From NCBI GenBank assembly GCA_014381855.1, contig JACNKV010000115.1:7886-71885 (forward strand): DNA of 64,000 nt, read 5' to 3'. Origin of the DNA: Fidelibacterota bacterium (GTDB lineage: Bacteria > Fidelibacterota > Marinisomatia > Marinisomatales > JACNKV01). The notes beneath the pieces were generated by a model, which searched no databases, was not told where the DNA came from, and worked only from the letters and a program-made list of their open reading frames with translations. This document shows, piece after piece, positions 44,252 to 53,312 of this stretch. Position 1 is the first letter of the stretch. The number at the start of each line of letters is the position of its first letter. A program made the position numbers and the translations under genes.

Positions 44252-47185
44252 TCAAAAACCAAACAGGGCTGTAAAATACCAACGTATCTCTTCGCCGTAG
44301 TTAATATTCTTTTTTTCAAAATTATCTAAGCCATAATGGGCTTCTACGCCAATTGCAGTGGGGTAATTATAAAATGAAAAACCATTTACACGCCATTGAA
44401 TTCCTACACTTTTTTTCCAGTCAGGAATTGTTGTTGTCCATGCATCTCCCGCTTGCACAATGAATCCAAGCACACTGTTTTGCAAGATGAACCAGCCCAA
44501 AGCGTAATGCTTTTCCCGAAATAACGGGATTCGAAAATCTAACTCCGCGATGGCTTTATTTGTTCCCTCAATACTGTAAAAAGAATACCCTTTAATTCCG
44601 TCCATTCCACCCGCAAAATAATTGAAGAATGAATCCACTTTTGTTGTCGTAATCCAACCTAAATCAGTGTGTGCGGAAAGACACAATCGGTTTGTATATG
44701 GAATTTCCCAGTGATAGGAGCCTTTCAGTTCTATACGACCAAGATCATTCTGTTTAAATTGTTCAATGAGAGTACCCGCATCAGAAAAATCAAGTCCATC
44801 TATAAAATCATTATTTTCGTAGGCAACATGAACATCTATGTCAAAGCCATTCGACGGATTTATATTTCCATCTGCCCGAGATTTTGAAGCAGATGTGTGC
44901 AAATTTACTCCCGTAACAACGCCTCTGTAGTAATCATATGACGCACCCCCTTGAATGTTCTCTGTCGGGATATTTTGTTTAACATGTGCACGGTATCGTT
45001 GCCAAAGCGTATATATTTCTAAAGAGTGCATTCCAAGAATCGGAACTCTAAATCCACTCTTAAAAGCCAGCATCCTGAATTTTAAATTGTCATCGATGGG
45101 ATACACATCTCTCCAATTAAATGAATCCGTTTTGTTACGGGTTAAATAAAACACTTGTGCAAATAGAGTCGGGTAAAACCTCTTGAATTCAAAAAGGAAA
45201 AATAAGTCCAGATCCTTCATGGTATTCATAGATGCACCACCAAATACCGATAATCTCTGAAGAACTTCACTTGAGTAAAAGAAAAAACCCGGCTTCAGCG
45301 TTCCATAATCTATCATTAGTTTTGGCATGAGAAACATCGGAGGAAAGGCATCTTGATATGTCGATGGGACTGTAGAGTCCTTTGTACCGATATGTTGTGA
45401 AAGATATTGATTCCTTAAATAATAATCCGGTGAATAGCCGACAACCGCGGAATTTACAAACTGTTGGGAATCCAGCAATGCGATTGAATATCTTCCATTG
45501 TCATATAAAGAATAAATTACCTGACCGCTCTTATTAACGTCAGACATGAATGCACCACCGGTAGCATTTGTAAGATACCCTTGTTCTTTCGTCTCTCTAT
45601 TTATAGAATATAAATTAAAGACTCCACTGCGATCATCGCTGTAAATTATCGTTTCTGCAGAGCTAAAAGAAGGGTCTCTCTCATCCCATTCTGAGTTAGC
45701 TAGAATATCTTCTTCGTGAAGATTGTTCAATGAAATTTGAGAAATATTTCGAAAATGGTTGAGGGTGTAATCCACAATAATTTTGTTGGTATTCTTATTT
45801 ATAGCGAGTGTATGTAATATGCGATGATCCTTATAATCCGTAACTTGCGTAATTGACTTAGAGTCAAGGTTTAAAAGAAATACATTCTGAATACCTCCGC
45901 GAGTAGATATGTAAGCAAGACTTGAATCTCTAGTAATAAATACAGGCGAAAATGCACGAGCTTCCTCAGTTAATCTGTCCTCTTCATCATTTTTGAAATT
46001 GTATTCAAATAAGTCGAAATATTTTGATCCGTGTTTATTTGGAAATGTTGGTTTTTTTGAAAAATAAATTACGTCTCCCGATGGATTCCAAGTAACGGCA
46101 CTTTTTACGCCGGAAACGAACTTTTCTTCCATGCCGGATTTCATATCGTAAACAAATAAATCTGTTTGAGAAAAATAATCATTTTCCTGATTGGAAATGA
46201 ATGCGAACCGGTTTCCGTCTGGTGACCATATCGGGTGTAAATTGGTCGTACCTTTCTTAAGTAAGACTTTTCCTTCACGACGATTAGTTTTAATCGACTC
46301 TGTTAATTTTTCGTAATACTGTTCTAATGTGCGTTGGAAATCATTATAGAGTTCATCTCCGGTAATACCAATACTTCGCTTTATCGCATTGCCAATCGAA
46401 AATTGAAACGGAGAAGATAATTCAACCATAATCATTTTTAATTTATCCGTTCCATATTTTTCGGCAATAAATCGGCACATCGCATATCCGGCATTATAGG
46501 TGGATTCATTCCCGATTCCCGTCTTTCCAAAAGTGTTCATCTCGGTAAATGTGAGCAGATTATTATGCAAAACTCTGTCGCGGAGTATCATATCTCTGTG
46601 TGTATCCCAATTATCCAAATCTGCACCTTCATACATATATTGTGCTGTTCCTTCCGCTAGCCATGGAGGTACAACCGTTCCCGGAATCGGATAGCTGACC
46701 AATGTGTTCGGATATCCGTATAAAACGTCTTTTCGTTTCTCCTTTTCGTAACCCATCCACTGTAAATATGCCCCGGGTATTTTCATCCCGGCCTTCATGG
46801 CGGTTTGGATTGAAACAATATGCGTAAACTCGTGGGTAATAACATTTTGCAGCCAACGATGACTTCCTCGGAGTTCAAAATCCAATGGGGATGTCCAAAT
46901 ATAAATTTTATTATCATAGTAGTATGCAGCGCCATTGGAAATGTCATCCGTATCTAAAAAAATAATATGTGTTTTAGACGGTGGCTCATATTGATATAAT
47001 TGGGTGACGTGAGGATAAATCTTTTCGGCTACCGTAGCCCCTTCTCTGGCGGATAATTCCGTCTGGCCATAAAAGTGGATCATAAAATGATCCGTTTCAA
47101 TTGTCTGCCAATCAAGCTCAGGGTGATTATAATCTACCTGAGAAAACCCAAAGGATATTAGAAATAATATAAAAACACGTACCAT
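44252..47185 (-). CDS. large secreted/outer-membrane protein: HExxH peptidase-like N-domain, TolB-like beta-propeller repeats, C-terminal beta-barrel
   Basis: 977 aa with a signal peptide. HEFTH at residues 118-122 (46820-46834). The mid region has repeated PxWSPDG-type blades (HPIWSPDGNRFAFIS, WNPSGDVIYFS, DPSFS). The C-terminus ends in an aromatic-rich ...YFTALFGF. Confidence 0.5.
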   Translation of the reverse strand: MVRVFILFLISFGFSQVDYNHPELDWQTIETDHFMIHFYGQTELSAREGATVAEKIYPHVTQLYQYEPPSKTHIIFLDTDDISNGAAYYYDNKIYIWTSPLDFELRGSHRWLQNVITHEFTHIVSIQTAMKAGMKIPGAYLQWMGYEKEKRKDVLYGYPNTLVSYPIPGTVVPPWLAEGTAQYMYEGADLDNWDTHRDMILRDRVLHNNLLTFTEMNTFGKTGIGNESTYNAGYAMCRFIAEKYGTDKLKMIMVELSSPFQFSIGNAIKRSIGITGDELYNDFQRTLEQYYEKLTESIKTNRREGKVLLKKGTTNLHPIWSPDGNRFAFISNQENDYFSQTDLFVYDMKSGMEEKFVSGVKSAVTWNPSGDVIYFSKKPTFPNKHGSKYFDLFEYNFKNDEEDRLTEEARAFSPVFITRDSSLAYISTRGGIQNVFLLNLDSKSITQVTDYKDHRILHTLAINKNTNKIIVDYTLNHFRNISQISLNNLHEEDILANSEWDERDPSFSSAETIIYSDDRSGVFNLYSINRETKEQGYLTNATGGAFMSDVNKSGQVIYSLYDNGRYSIALLDSQQFVNSAVVGYSPDYYLRNQYLSQHIGTKDSTVPSTYQDAFPPMFLMPKLMIDYGTLKPGFFFYSSEVLQRLSVFGGASMNTMKDLDLFFLFEFKRFYPTLFAQVFYLTRNKTDSFNWRDVYPIDDNLKFRMLAFKSGFRVPILGMHSLEIYTLWQRYRAHVKQNIPTENIQGGASYDYYRGVVTGVNLHTSASKSRADGNINPSNGFDIDVHVAYENNDFIDGLDFSDAGTLIEQFKQNDLGRIELKGSYHWEIPYTNRLCLSAHTDLGWITTTKVDSFFNYFAGGMDGIKGYSFYSIEGTNKAIAELDFRIPLFREKHYALGWFILQNSVLGFIVQAGDAWTTTIPDWKKSVGIQWRVNGFSFYNYPTAIGVEAHYGLDNFEKKNINYGEEIRWYFTALFGF

Positions 47186-49953
47186 CAGTGAATCACAGCA
47201 ATCTTAATGATTTTCGTCTGAGTCTTCTCTCCCGCTTTTGCCGTTACATTCGCAAAATAGACACCGGATTCAATGTCGCTCACGTTCCAAATAACTTCAT
47301 TTGGCATACCTTGTGCGGGATGCTCTATGAAAAATCTCTCAACATAATACCCTGCAAGGTCATAAATATTAATTTCGATGGATTCAGCAGATTCAGTTTG
47401 AATTCGAAGAGTCACCAATCCATCGCGTGAAGGATTGGGATAAGCATAGCATCGGTCTGCATCTAAAAGTTGTGATTGGTTGGCAACAGATTCAGAATAT
47501 TTCAATGCCAATGTTCTTGACTGATAAGGATTCCCATTCTGATGAGACCACTCATTCCCCATGGGGTCAGTTGCTTCATCAAATTTCCAAAGATTAAACG
47601 ATGTTGCTAAGTAAGAAAATTCCGTCATATTTCCAAAATACTGAATTTCCTCCGTCTGAAATTTTGCAATCTCATACAGTGTTTCGCCAAAATAATTTAA
47701 TATGACAATCCGATCTCCACTGCTGGATTCGACCGCTATTTCCGGATGGTTATCTCCCACCACATCAAAGGCAAATATTGGCGAATTAAACTGTTCTCCT
47801 AACGGAAATCCGGGCATTAAAATAAGATTTTTATCAAACGCATATAATTTACCTGCATCATCAGTAGCTAGTATATCCGGGTTCCCATCCAAATTAAGGT
47901 CAATAGCTGCGATAGAGACAAAATTCATGTCTTGGTATGCAACTAAATGAGAACCGGGTTTATAAATACCTAATCCACCATCTTCTTCAATTATTGCTAT
48001 TAGTGTATCAGTTGAACTATGTAATACTGCTTCTTTTTGAAATTGTTGATATTGTACTGTTCCCAACATACTAATTTGAGTATGATATTGATTATTAACA
48101 ATCCATATTGGATCAAGATATGGTTCATCTTCTTCCGGAATTACATTTAGCTCTTCTTCATAATATTCAAAACTATAAAGATAGGAAGAATCATCATTAT
48201 GGACAGCAACATAGATTCTGGTAGGTAAACCCGGTTGACTAAACTTTGTTAAATGTGCTTCTCCATCAATAATAAATGTCCCATCATTTGCAATAAAATA
48301 TTTTCGATTCATAACATCATTTTCCGGAGCCCACCACAGTGAATCTTTTCCCCCGATTATTTCTTTTGTGCCATCATCATTGATGTCGCACACCATACGA
48401 AAATACGCGGTCGTATCAGGAAAACCGTTTACTAATAATGTATTTGAAACCGTAAACGTCATCGTATCATTTGGAGCACTTATATTTTCGATCTGTGTAA
48501 AGGTTGATACTCCATCATTTGATTGCGTATTCGGGTAGGTGTAAGGACCAAAAACAGGTTCACCTGTCCCATTGATGGATGCATACTCTTGGTTGCCCTT
48601 AAACCACATATCGCCAAAATACCCGCTGGAAGGGTCTGCGAACATGTGAATAGAGGGATACCCGATATCCTGAGCACCGTCAGCTTCTTCTAAATCAATC
48701 CCGGGTCTGCTGCGATCAGCATTAATGGAATACCAATCCGGTGCTGAGTTAATTACAGATTCATCCACATGCCAAATGAGTAATCCGGAAGCAGGAAGTC
48801 CTATATCATAACTTGGGACGGATGTAATGACTCCGTTATCTTCAATCTCAATGTTTACTGAATCAAATAATATTTTGTAAAAAGCCGGATAATCACCGGT
48901 TTCTTCCCAAATAGCAAACCGGGTTGAATCAATACTGACCCCGTCTTTGTGCCAATTATTTCTGTTTTCAATCAGAAAATATTCATCCTGATTAATATTA
49001 ACTTGGATAGGCGAATCGTCGATATGTGTAGCCGAAAGTGAAATCTTCTCTGCTGTGGGGATGATAACTTCCGGCGACGTCCATCCTGCCCATTTTCGGG
49101 TCCACGCGTCCGGTGGTGATGGAATTATCCCCCGTCCGTTGTTTGATCCCTGATCCATGAGCCCAAAAACGCCGATACCACTCTCCCCTGTTTCGGTATT
49201 CCACAAAGGTGGTAATCCTACGGAAAATCCGATCATTAACGCAAATGTACCGGTAAGACCAAATTGATATTCACACGGATCCTCTGATGAGGAAAATATG
49301 GACTCAGTCTCAGGGAATAATAAATGGTTTTGTGTTTCCGGTAAAATCATTCCATGTTCGACGCCATTGATAGGTGTTCCCAACATTTCACGGTCAACAT
49401 AGGTTGAGGGAATATCTTCCGGTGTAGGGTCAAGCGTCGGGAGGGAAAAATCCTGCCCGATACCAGCATGAAATACAACCACCAAATCATATTCATTATA
49501 CGGAATTGTATCAGCTACAGTCAGCGCGTCACGAAAAAGTTGGGTTAAGCTCTCTTCGCGAGCTTCATCCGTTACACCATACGGATGATACCACGACATG
49601 ATATTTGGTAATGTATATGTAGATTCAGGCTCGTCCGGATAGACCGTTGAATGTTGTATATCTATGCCAAACATACTATCGGAAACTGTTCGATAATATG
49701 AATCTACAGCGTTGAGTTGCGATATAAAATACGCCTGATTATGCGGAGGTGGATCTATGGTATAACTCCCGCATGCTTCCGTATCAAGGGTGAGCAAAAA
49801 CGTACCATCTCCCGTTGTACCGGGCGCGTCATCCACGGCAAATTCTACCCGGATTGCTGCGACCTTAAGAAACCCGGTTAAGCTGTCAGAAAATGCAGAA
49901 GTAACGAAAATGAGCAGGATGAATATCCACGTCCTGCCCTGAGAGTGCAACAT
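47185..49953 (-). CDS. T9SS-secreted protein with a degenerate M6 (InhA-like) metallopeptidase domain and FG-GAP/VCBS-like repeats
   Basis: 922 aa with a signal peptide. LLIWHVDES and GIDLEEADGAQD blocks are as in M6-type domains. The zinc-site position reads FALMIGFSVGLPPLW. DLNLDGNPDILATDDAGKLYAF is an FG-GAP-like repeat. The C-terminal ~85 aa (YPNPS...INIYDLAGY...GVYFANV...KIAVIH) form a Por secretion tail. Confidence 0.6.
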   Translation of the reverse strand: MLHSQGRTWIFILLIFVTSAFSDSLTGFLKVAAIRVEFAVDDAPGTTGDGTFLLTLDTEACGSYTIDPPPHNQAYFISQLNAVDSYYRTVSDSMFGIDIQHSTVYPDEPESTYTLPNIMSWYHPYGVTDEAREESLTQLFRDALTVADTIPYNEYDLVVVFHAGIGQDFSLPTLDPTPEDIPSTYVDREMLGTPINGVEHGMILPETQNHLLFPETESIFSSSEDPCEYQFGLTGTFALMIGFSVGLPPLWNTETGESGIGVFGLMDQGSNNGRGIIPSPPDAWTRKWAGWTSPEVIIPTAEKISLSATHIDDSPIQVNINQDEYFLIENRNNWHKDGVSIDSTRFAIWEETGDYPAFYKILFDSVNIEIEDNGVITSVPSYDIGLPASGLLIWHVDESVINSAPDWYSINADRSRPGIDLEEADGAQDIGYPSIHMFADPSSGYFGDMWFKGNQEYASINGTGEPVFGPYTYPNTQSNDGVSTFTQIENISAPNDTMTFTVSNTLLVNGFPDTTAYFRMVCDINDDGTKEIIGGKDSLWWAPENDVMNRKYFIANDGTFIIDGEAHLTKFSQPGLPTRIYVAVHNDDSSYLYSFEYYEEELNVIPEEDEPYLDPIWIVNNQYHTQISMLGTVQYQQFQKEAVLHSSTDTLIAIIEEDGGLGIYKPGSHLVAYQDMNFVSIAAIDLNLDGNPDILATDDAGKLYAFDKNLILMPGFPLGEQFNSPIFAFDVVGDNHPEIAVESSSGDRIVILNYFGETLYEIAKFQTEEIQYFGNMTEFSYLATSFNLWKFDEATDPMGNEWSHQNGNPYQSRTLALKYSESVANQSQLLDADRCYAYPNPSRDGLVTLRIQTESAESIEINIYDLAGYYVERFFIEHPAQGMPNEVIWNVSDIESGVYFANVTAKAGEKTQTKIIKIAVIH

Positions 49954-49971
49954 GAATGAGCGTGATAGTTG

Positions 49972-51330
49972 TTAAAATTGCCAGTTCAATGAGAAGCGCA
50001 TGGTGTTCGTCAGCGGATGCCCAACCTCACCGGATGTGTAGCCAAAATCAAACCCATATTCGCCAAAACGAAGTCCAACGCCGATTGTCGGATTAGCAAT
50101 TTTTCCTGTTTTGTCGTAGTAAAACCCGGTACGCAGGGCAAAGTACTTTGAGTACCAATATTCAATTCCAAAATTATGAATTAATTTATCTAATTCATTC
50201 TTAATTGAGCGTTTATCGCCACTTCCAACTTCTATATCGCCGTAAGCATTATATCGCCCCCAATCCGAGTCACCAGGCTCAACATGATCTGTTCTAACCA
50301 TTTCATTCTCGTCAGGTTCTCCATCTCCATCTATATCATTTGCGGCATCCCATTCATATCCGCCAATCATCCCATCTTTTTTTCCATCTGAGGGTGCCAA
50401 ATCCTGATCTCCGCCTAAAATCCAATCGTCAACCCATGAGGTAAAAATGGCAAAATATATCGGGTCGGTATGCGCGATTTCTTTCTTACCATCTTTGTTA
50501 TATTCACCATCCGGGTCTGAATGCCCCTCTTCGTCGTATCGTCCGACATAGCCATCGCCGTCCCAATCCATATCCGGATAGGAAGCAACCAGCATTTTAT
50601 TCACATCATACACAAGGTTCAATCGGTTATATTCTGAGTCAATCAGGTGGTAGTTAAAACCGAGCGTAAGGTTTGTGGGCTGGGGGTCTGCTTGAGCAGG
50701 ATCAATAAACGCCACTTTTGGACCGATATTCGTTACAGTTGCGGCAACGTCTAATCGTGAGAGTAAAAATTCTTTGTGAAGATAACCAAGATCAAATCCG
50801 AAATCAATGGAGGTCCCTTTCCCCTCTTCAGCTCCTGCTCCAAACTCTGTAAGGTGTTGGTAAGATATTTTGGCATTGAGTCCGAAAGCTGAGTTCGATG
50901 ACAACATAGCACCATAAGAGATCGTTGATGCCATCATAAAACTGGTAAAGACTCCTTGATAGTCATCAGGATGATCTCCCATCCTAATTTGCTCACCAAG
51001 ATTTAAATAAATGATATGGCCTCCCAACGTCCCAAGATGCGGAACGTGACGGCGAAATGCTAAAAAATCGTAGTAGAGGTCATCTGCTAAGTTTGGTAGC
51101 CAATTGACGTGCATCATGGCGATTTCGGTTCCTTTGAGAAAGCCAAGCCCTGCCGGATTCCAGTAACTTGCATATGCGTCATCAGCGATTGCGATTTGAG
51201 CTTCGCCCATGCCTCCGGCACGTGCACCCGGGGAAATAAGTAAGAAAATAGCACCGGCTTCACTTTGCGCGAAACCATGACCGGTGATGGTCAGTGTGAT
51301 GAGAAATGCAGTTGTGATAAAACGCTTCAT
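49972..51330 (-). CDS. PorV-like (T9SS-associated) outer-membrane beta-barrel with an acidic insertion
   Basis: 452 aa with a signal peptide. AIFLLISPGARAGGMGEAQIAIADDAYASYWNPAGLGF parallels the PorV N-terminal signature (FLLI..DARAAGLG...WNPA) as I recall it. C-terminal residue is F. Confidence 0.5.
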   Translation of the reverse strand: MKRFITTAFLITLTITGHGFAQSEAGAIFLLISPGARAGGMGEAQIAIADDAYASYWNPAGLGFLKGTEIAMMHVNWLPNLADDLYYDFLAFRRHVPHLGTLGGHIIYLNLGEQIRMGDHPDDYQGVFTSFMMASTISYGAMLSSNSAFGLNAKISYQHLTEFGAGAEEGKGTSIDFGFDLGYLHKEFLLSRLDVAATVTNIGPKVAFIDPAQADPQPTNLTLGFNYHLIDSEYNRLNLVYDVNKMLVASYPDMDWDGDGYVGRYDEEGHSDPDGEYNKDGKKEIAHTDPIYFAIFTSWVDDWILGGDQDLAPSDGKKDGMIGGYEWDAANDIDGDGEPDENEMVRTDHVEPGDSDWGRYNAYGDIEVGSGDKRSIKNELDKLIHNFGIEYWYSKYFALRTGFYYDKTGKIANPTIGVGLRFGEYGFDFGYTSGEVGHPLTNTMRFSLNWQF

Positions 51331-51363
51331 ATTAGAGACTCCTAAGTTTTTGAATGAAGTTTT

Positions 51364-51383
51364 GGGACACCGTCCCTTTTTTT
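51364..51383 (+). terminator. short terminator-like hairpin plus T7 run, oriented opposite to all flanking genes
   Basis: GGGAC-ACC-GTCCC followed by TTTTTTT on the plus strand. It sits in the 179-bp gap between two minus-strand genes. The stem is only 5 bp. Confidence 0.25.
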
Positions 51384-51509
51384 GTAAGAATGTGTTAGCG
51401 TTTAGTGATGCATTTTCTCCTGATAACGGGAGCGAATATATCCTGTGTTACGCTCGTTAGTCAAGGATTGTTTCTTACAAATTGCCGAAGTGATATTTTC
51501 CTTATAATT

Positions 51510-53312
51510 TTAGTTTAGCAGGAAAAGGGATAAAAACGGAACATATGTAATAACTAAAACAGCAATCAGCCGGATGAAAAAGAACGGTAATGTAGATTTG
51601 TATATCGTGGGCATATCACGATTGAAGCGATAAGCGGACAAAAAGAGATTCATTCCAACTGGAGGAGTAAAGAAACCCAGTTCAAGATTTGCAATAAAAA
51701 TCACTGCAAGATGTATTGGGTTTATTCCAAAATGCGCTCCAATGGGTGCAATTAAGGGGGCAATGACAATCATGGCGGAGAAGATATCCATAAAACAGCC
51801 CACGGCAAGTAGGAAGACATTTAGCATCAAGAGAAAAGTGAGTTTTGATGTAATCGCCGTCTTTACCCATGTAAGTATCATTGCCGGGACTTGGGCATCT
51901 ACAAAATAACTTGTCAGCCCCATGGCGACTCCAAGTATGATAAGCACCCCTCCTACCAGCGTTGCACATTCCACAATAATTCCCGGTAACTTCTTCAAAG
52001 ATAAATCCTTATAAACAAAAACCTCTATAAATAGAATATAAACTACGGATATGGCGGCAGTTTCCACTAACGTTGTAAAACCGGCAAACACTCCTGATAA
52101 AATAATAATTGGGATTAATATTTCCCATTTGGTTTCAACAATAGATTTAAGAACTTTTTTTATATTAAAGGGCGGTCGTTTAATTTTTTGAATCCTTCCC
52201 TGAAAGATAGACCAACCTGACATCAGAACAATCAAAAGTATGCCTGGAATAAGTCCGGCTATAAATACACTTTTTACACTAATTCCTGCGGTCACACTAT
52301 AAATAATTGCCGGTAAACTTGGCGGAAAAAGTAGCCCTATCGACCCGGCGACGGTAATGAGTCCGAGTGTAAACTGATCAGAATACCCCTCTTTTTTCAG
52401 GAGTGGGTAAAGCAGTCCGCCCAGCGCAAGAATGGTAACACCGGAGCCCCCGGTTAATGCAGTAAAGAATCCGCAAAGAAGAACCACGACCACTGGAGTT
52501 CCACCCGGTATCCAGCCAAATAATGCACTGAACAAACGAAACATGCGCTCGGATGCCTTACTCTCTGCCAACAAATATCCCGCAAGCGTAAATAATGGAA
52601 TAGTAGGTAAAGTAGGAGAAACAACGATGCGGTATGTTTCGGCCGGAATAGATGCGATGGGTGTAGAATCCATCCAAAATAATAAAGCAGCAATTCCACC
52701 TAACCCAACAAAGATAGGCGCACCAAATACCAATGAAAGTAATAGAATCAACATACCAAACCAAACAAACCACGATTGCTCAACAAATGCATCGGTAATC
52801 GATAACATAAACCATATCAGAGATACCATCAAGATAGATCCGATATAGAAGCGATCTTTTCCGCTATTTTTTAGGATATGAAACGCGATCAGGGCAAATC
52901 CAATGGGAATAATCAATTGAGCAAACCAACGCGGTATATTGGGCGCGATATCCACCGGATAAAGAAATTCCCACTTTATAAAGTGGATACTTCCCCACAT
53001 CAATGAAATAATGACAATAAAGGAGACAGTTTTTGCCATCCACCGCCCAAAATGAATTTCATTTTCAGAATTGAAAAGCGGTTTTACAGACAACGATAAT
53101 AATTTATTCTGCTGTGCGGCTAATACTGCACCTATAAAGCCAATCCACAATGTTAAATGTTGTACTAAAACAGGTGCTGCCGGAATACCACGAACATCCA
53201 GCCAACGAGACACAGTCTCTATTACCGGAATGAAAATCATTGCAAAAAAAACTGCAAGAGCAAGAATATCTTCACCCAACCTCAAACGATCCATTATTGG
53301 ACGTGGCTTCAT
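51510..53312 (-). CDS. TRAP transporter fused small/large permease (DctQ-DctM fusion)
   Basis: 600 aa and highly hydrophobic. An N-terminal DctQ-like four-helix part is followed by a DctM-like 12-TM part. It overlaps the binding-protein gene by 4 nt. Confidence 0.85.
   Translation of the reverse strand: MKPRPIMDRLRLGEDILALAVFFAMIFIPVIETVSRWLDVRGIPAAPVLVQHLTLWIGFIGAVLAAQQNKLLSLSVKPLFNSENEIHFGRWMAKTVSFIVIISLMWGSIHFIKWEFLYPVDIAPNIPRWFAQLIIPIGFALIAFHILKNSGKDRFYIGSILMVSLIWFMLSITDAFVEQSWFVWFGMLILLLSLVFGAPIFVGLGGIAALLFWMDSTPIASIPAETYRIVVSPTLPTIPLFTLAGYLLAESKASERMFRLFSALFGWIPGGTPVVVVLLCGFFTALTGGSGVTILALGGLLYPLLKKEGYSDQFTLGLITVAGSIGLLFPPSLPAIIYSVTAGISVKSVFIAGLIPGILLIVLMSGWSIFQGRIQKIKRPPFNIKKVLKSIVETKWEILIPIIILSGVFAGFTTLVETAAISVVYILFIEVFVYKDLSLKKLPGIIVECATLVGGVLIILGVAMGLTSYFVDAQVPAMILTWVKTAITSKLTFLLMLNVFLLAVGCFMDIFSAMIVIAPLIAPIGAHFGINPIHLAVIFIANLELGFFTPPVGMNLFLSAYRFNRDMPTIYKSTLPFFFIRLIAVLVITYVPFLSLFLLN

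Noticed and set aside
44224-44319. Longer start for the DUF5683-like gene that overlaps the 977-aa gene by 68 nt.
   Set aside because: The internal ATG at 44223 is preceded by AAGGAGA and yields a clean signal peptide, so the long form is unlikely.
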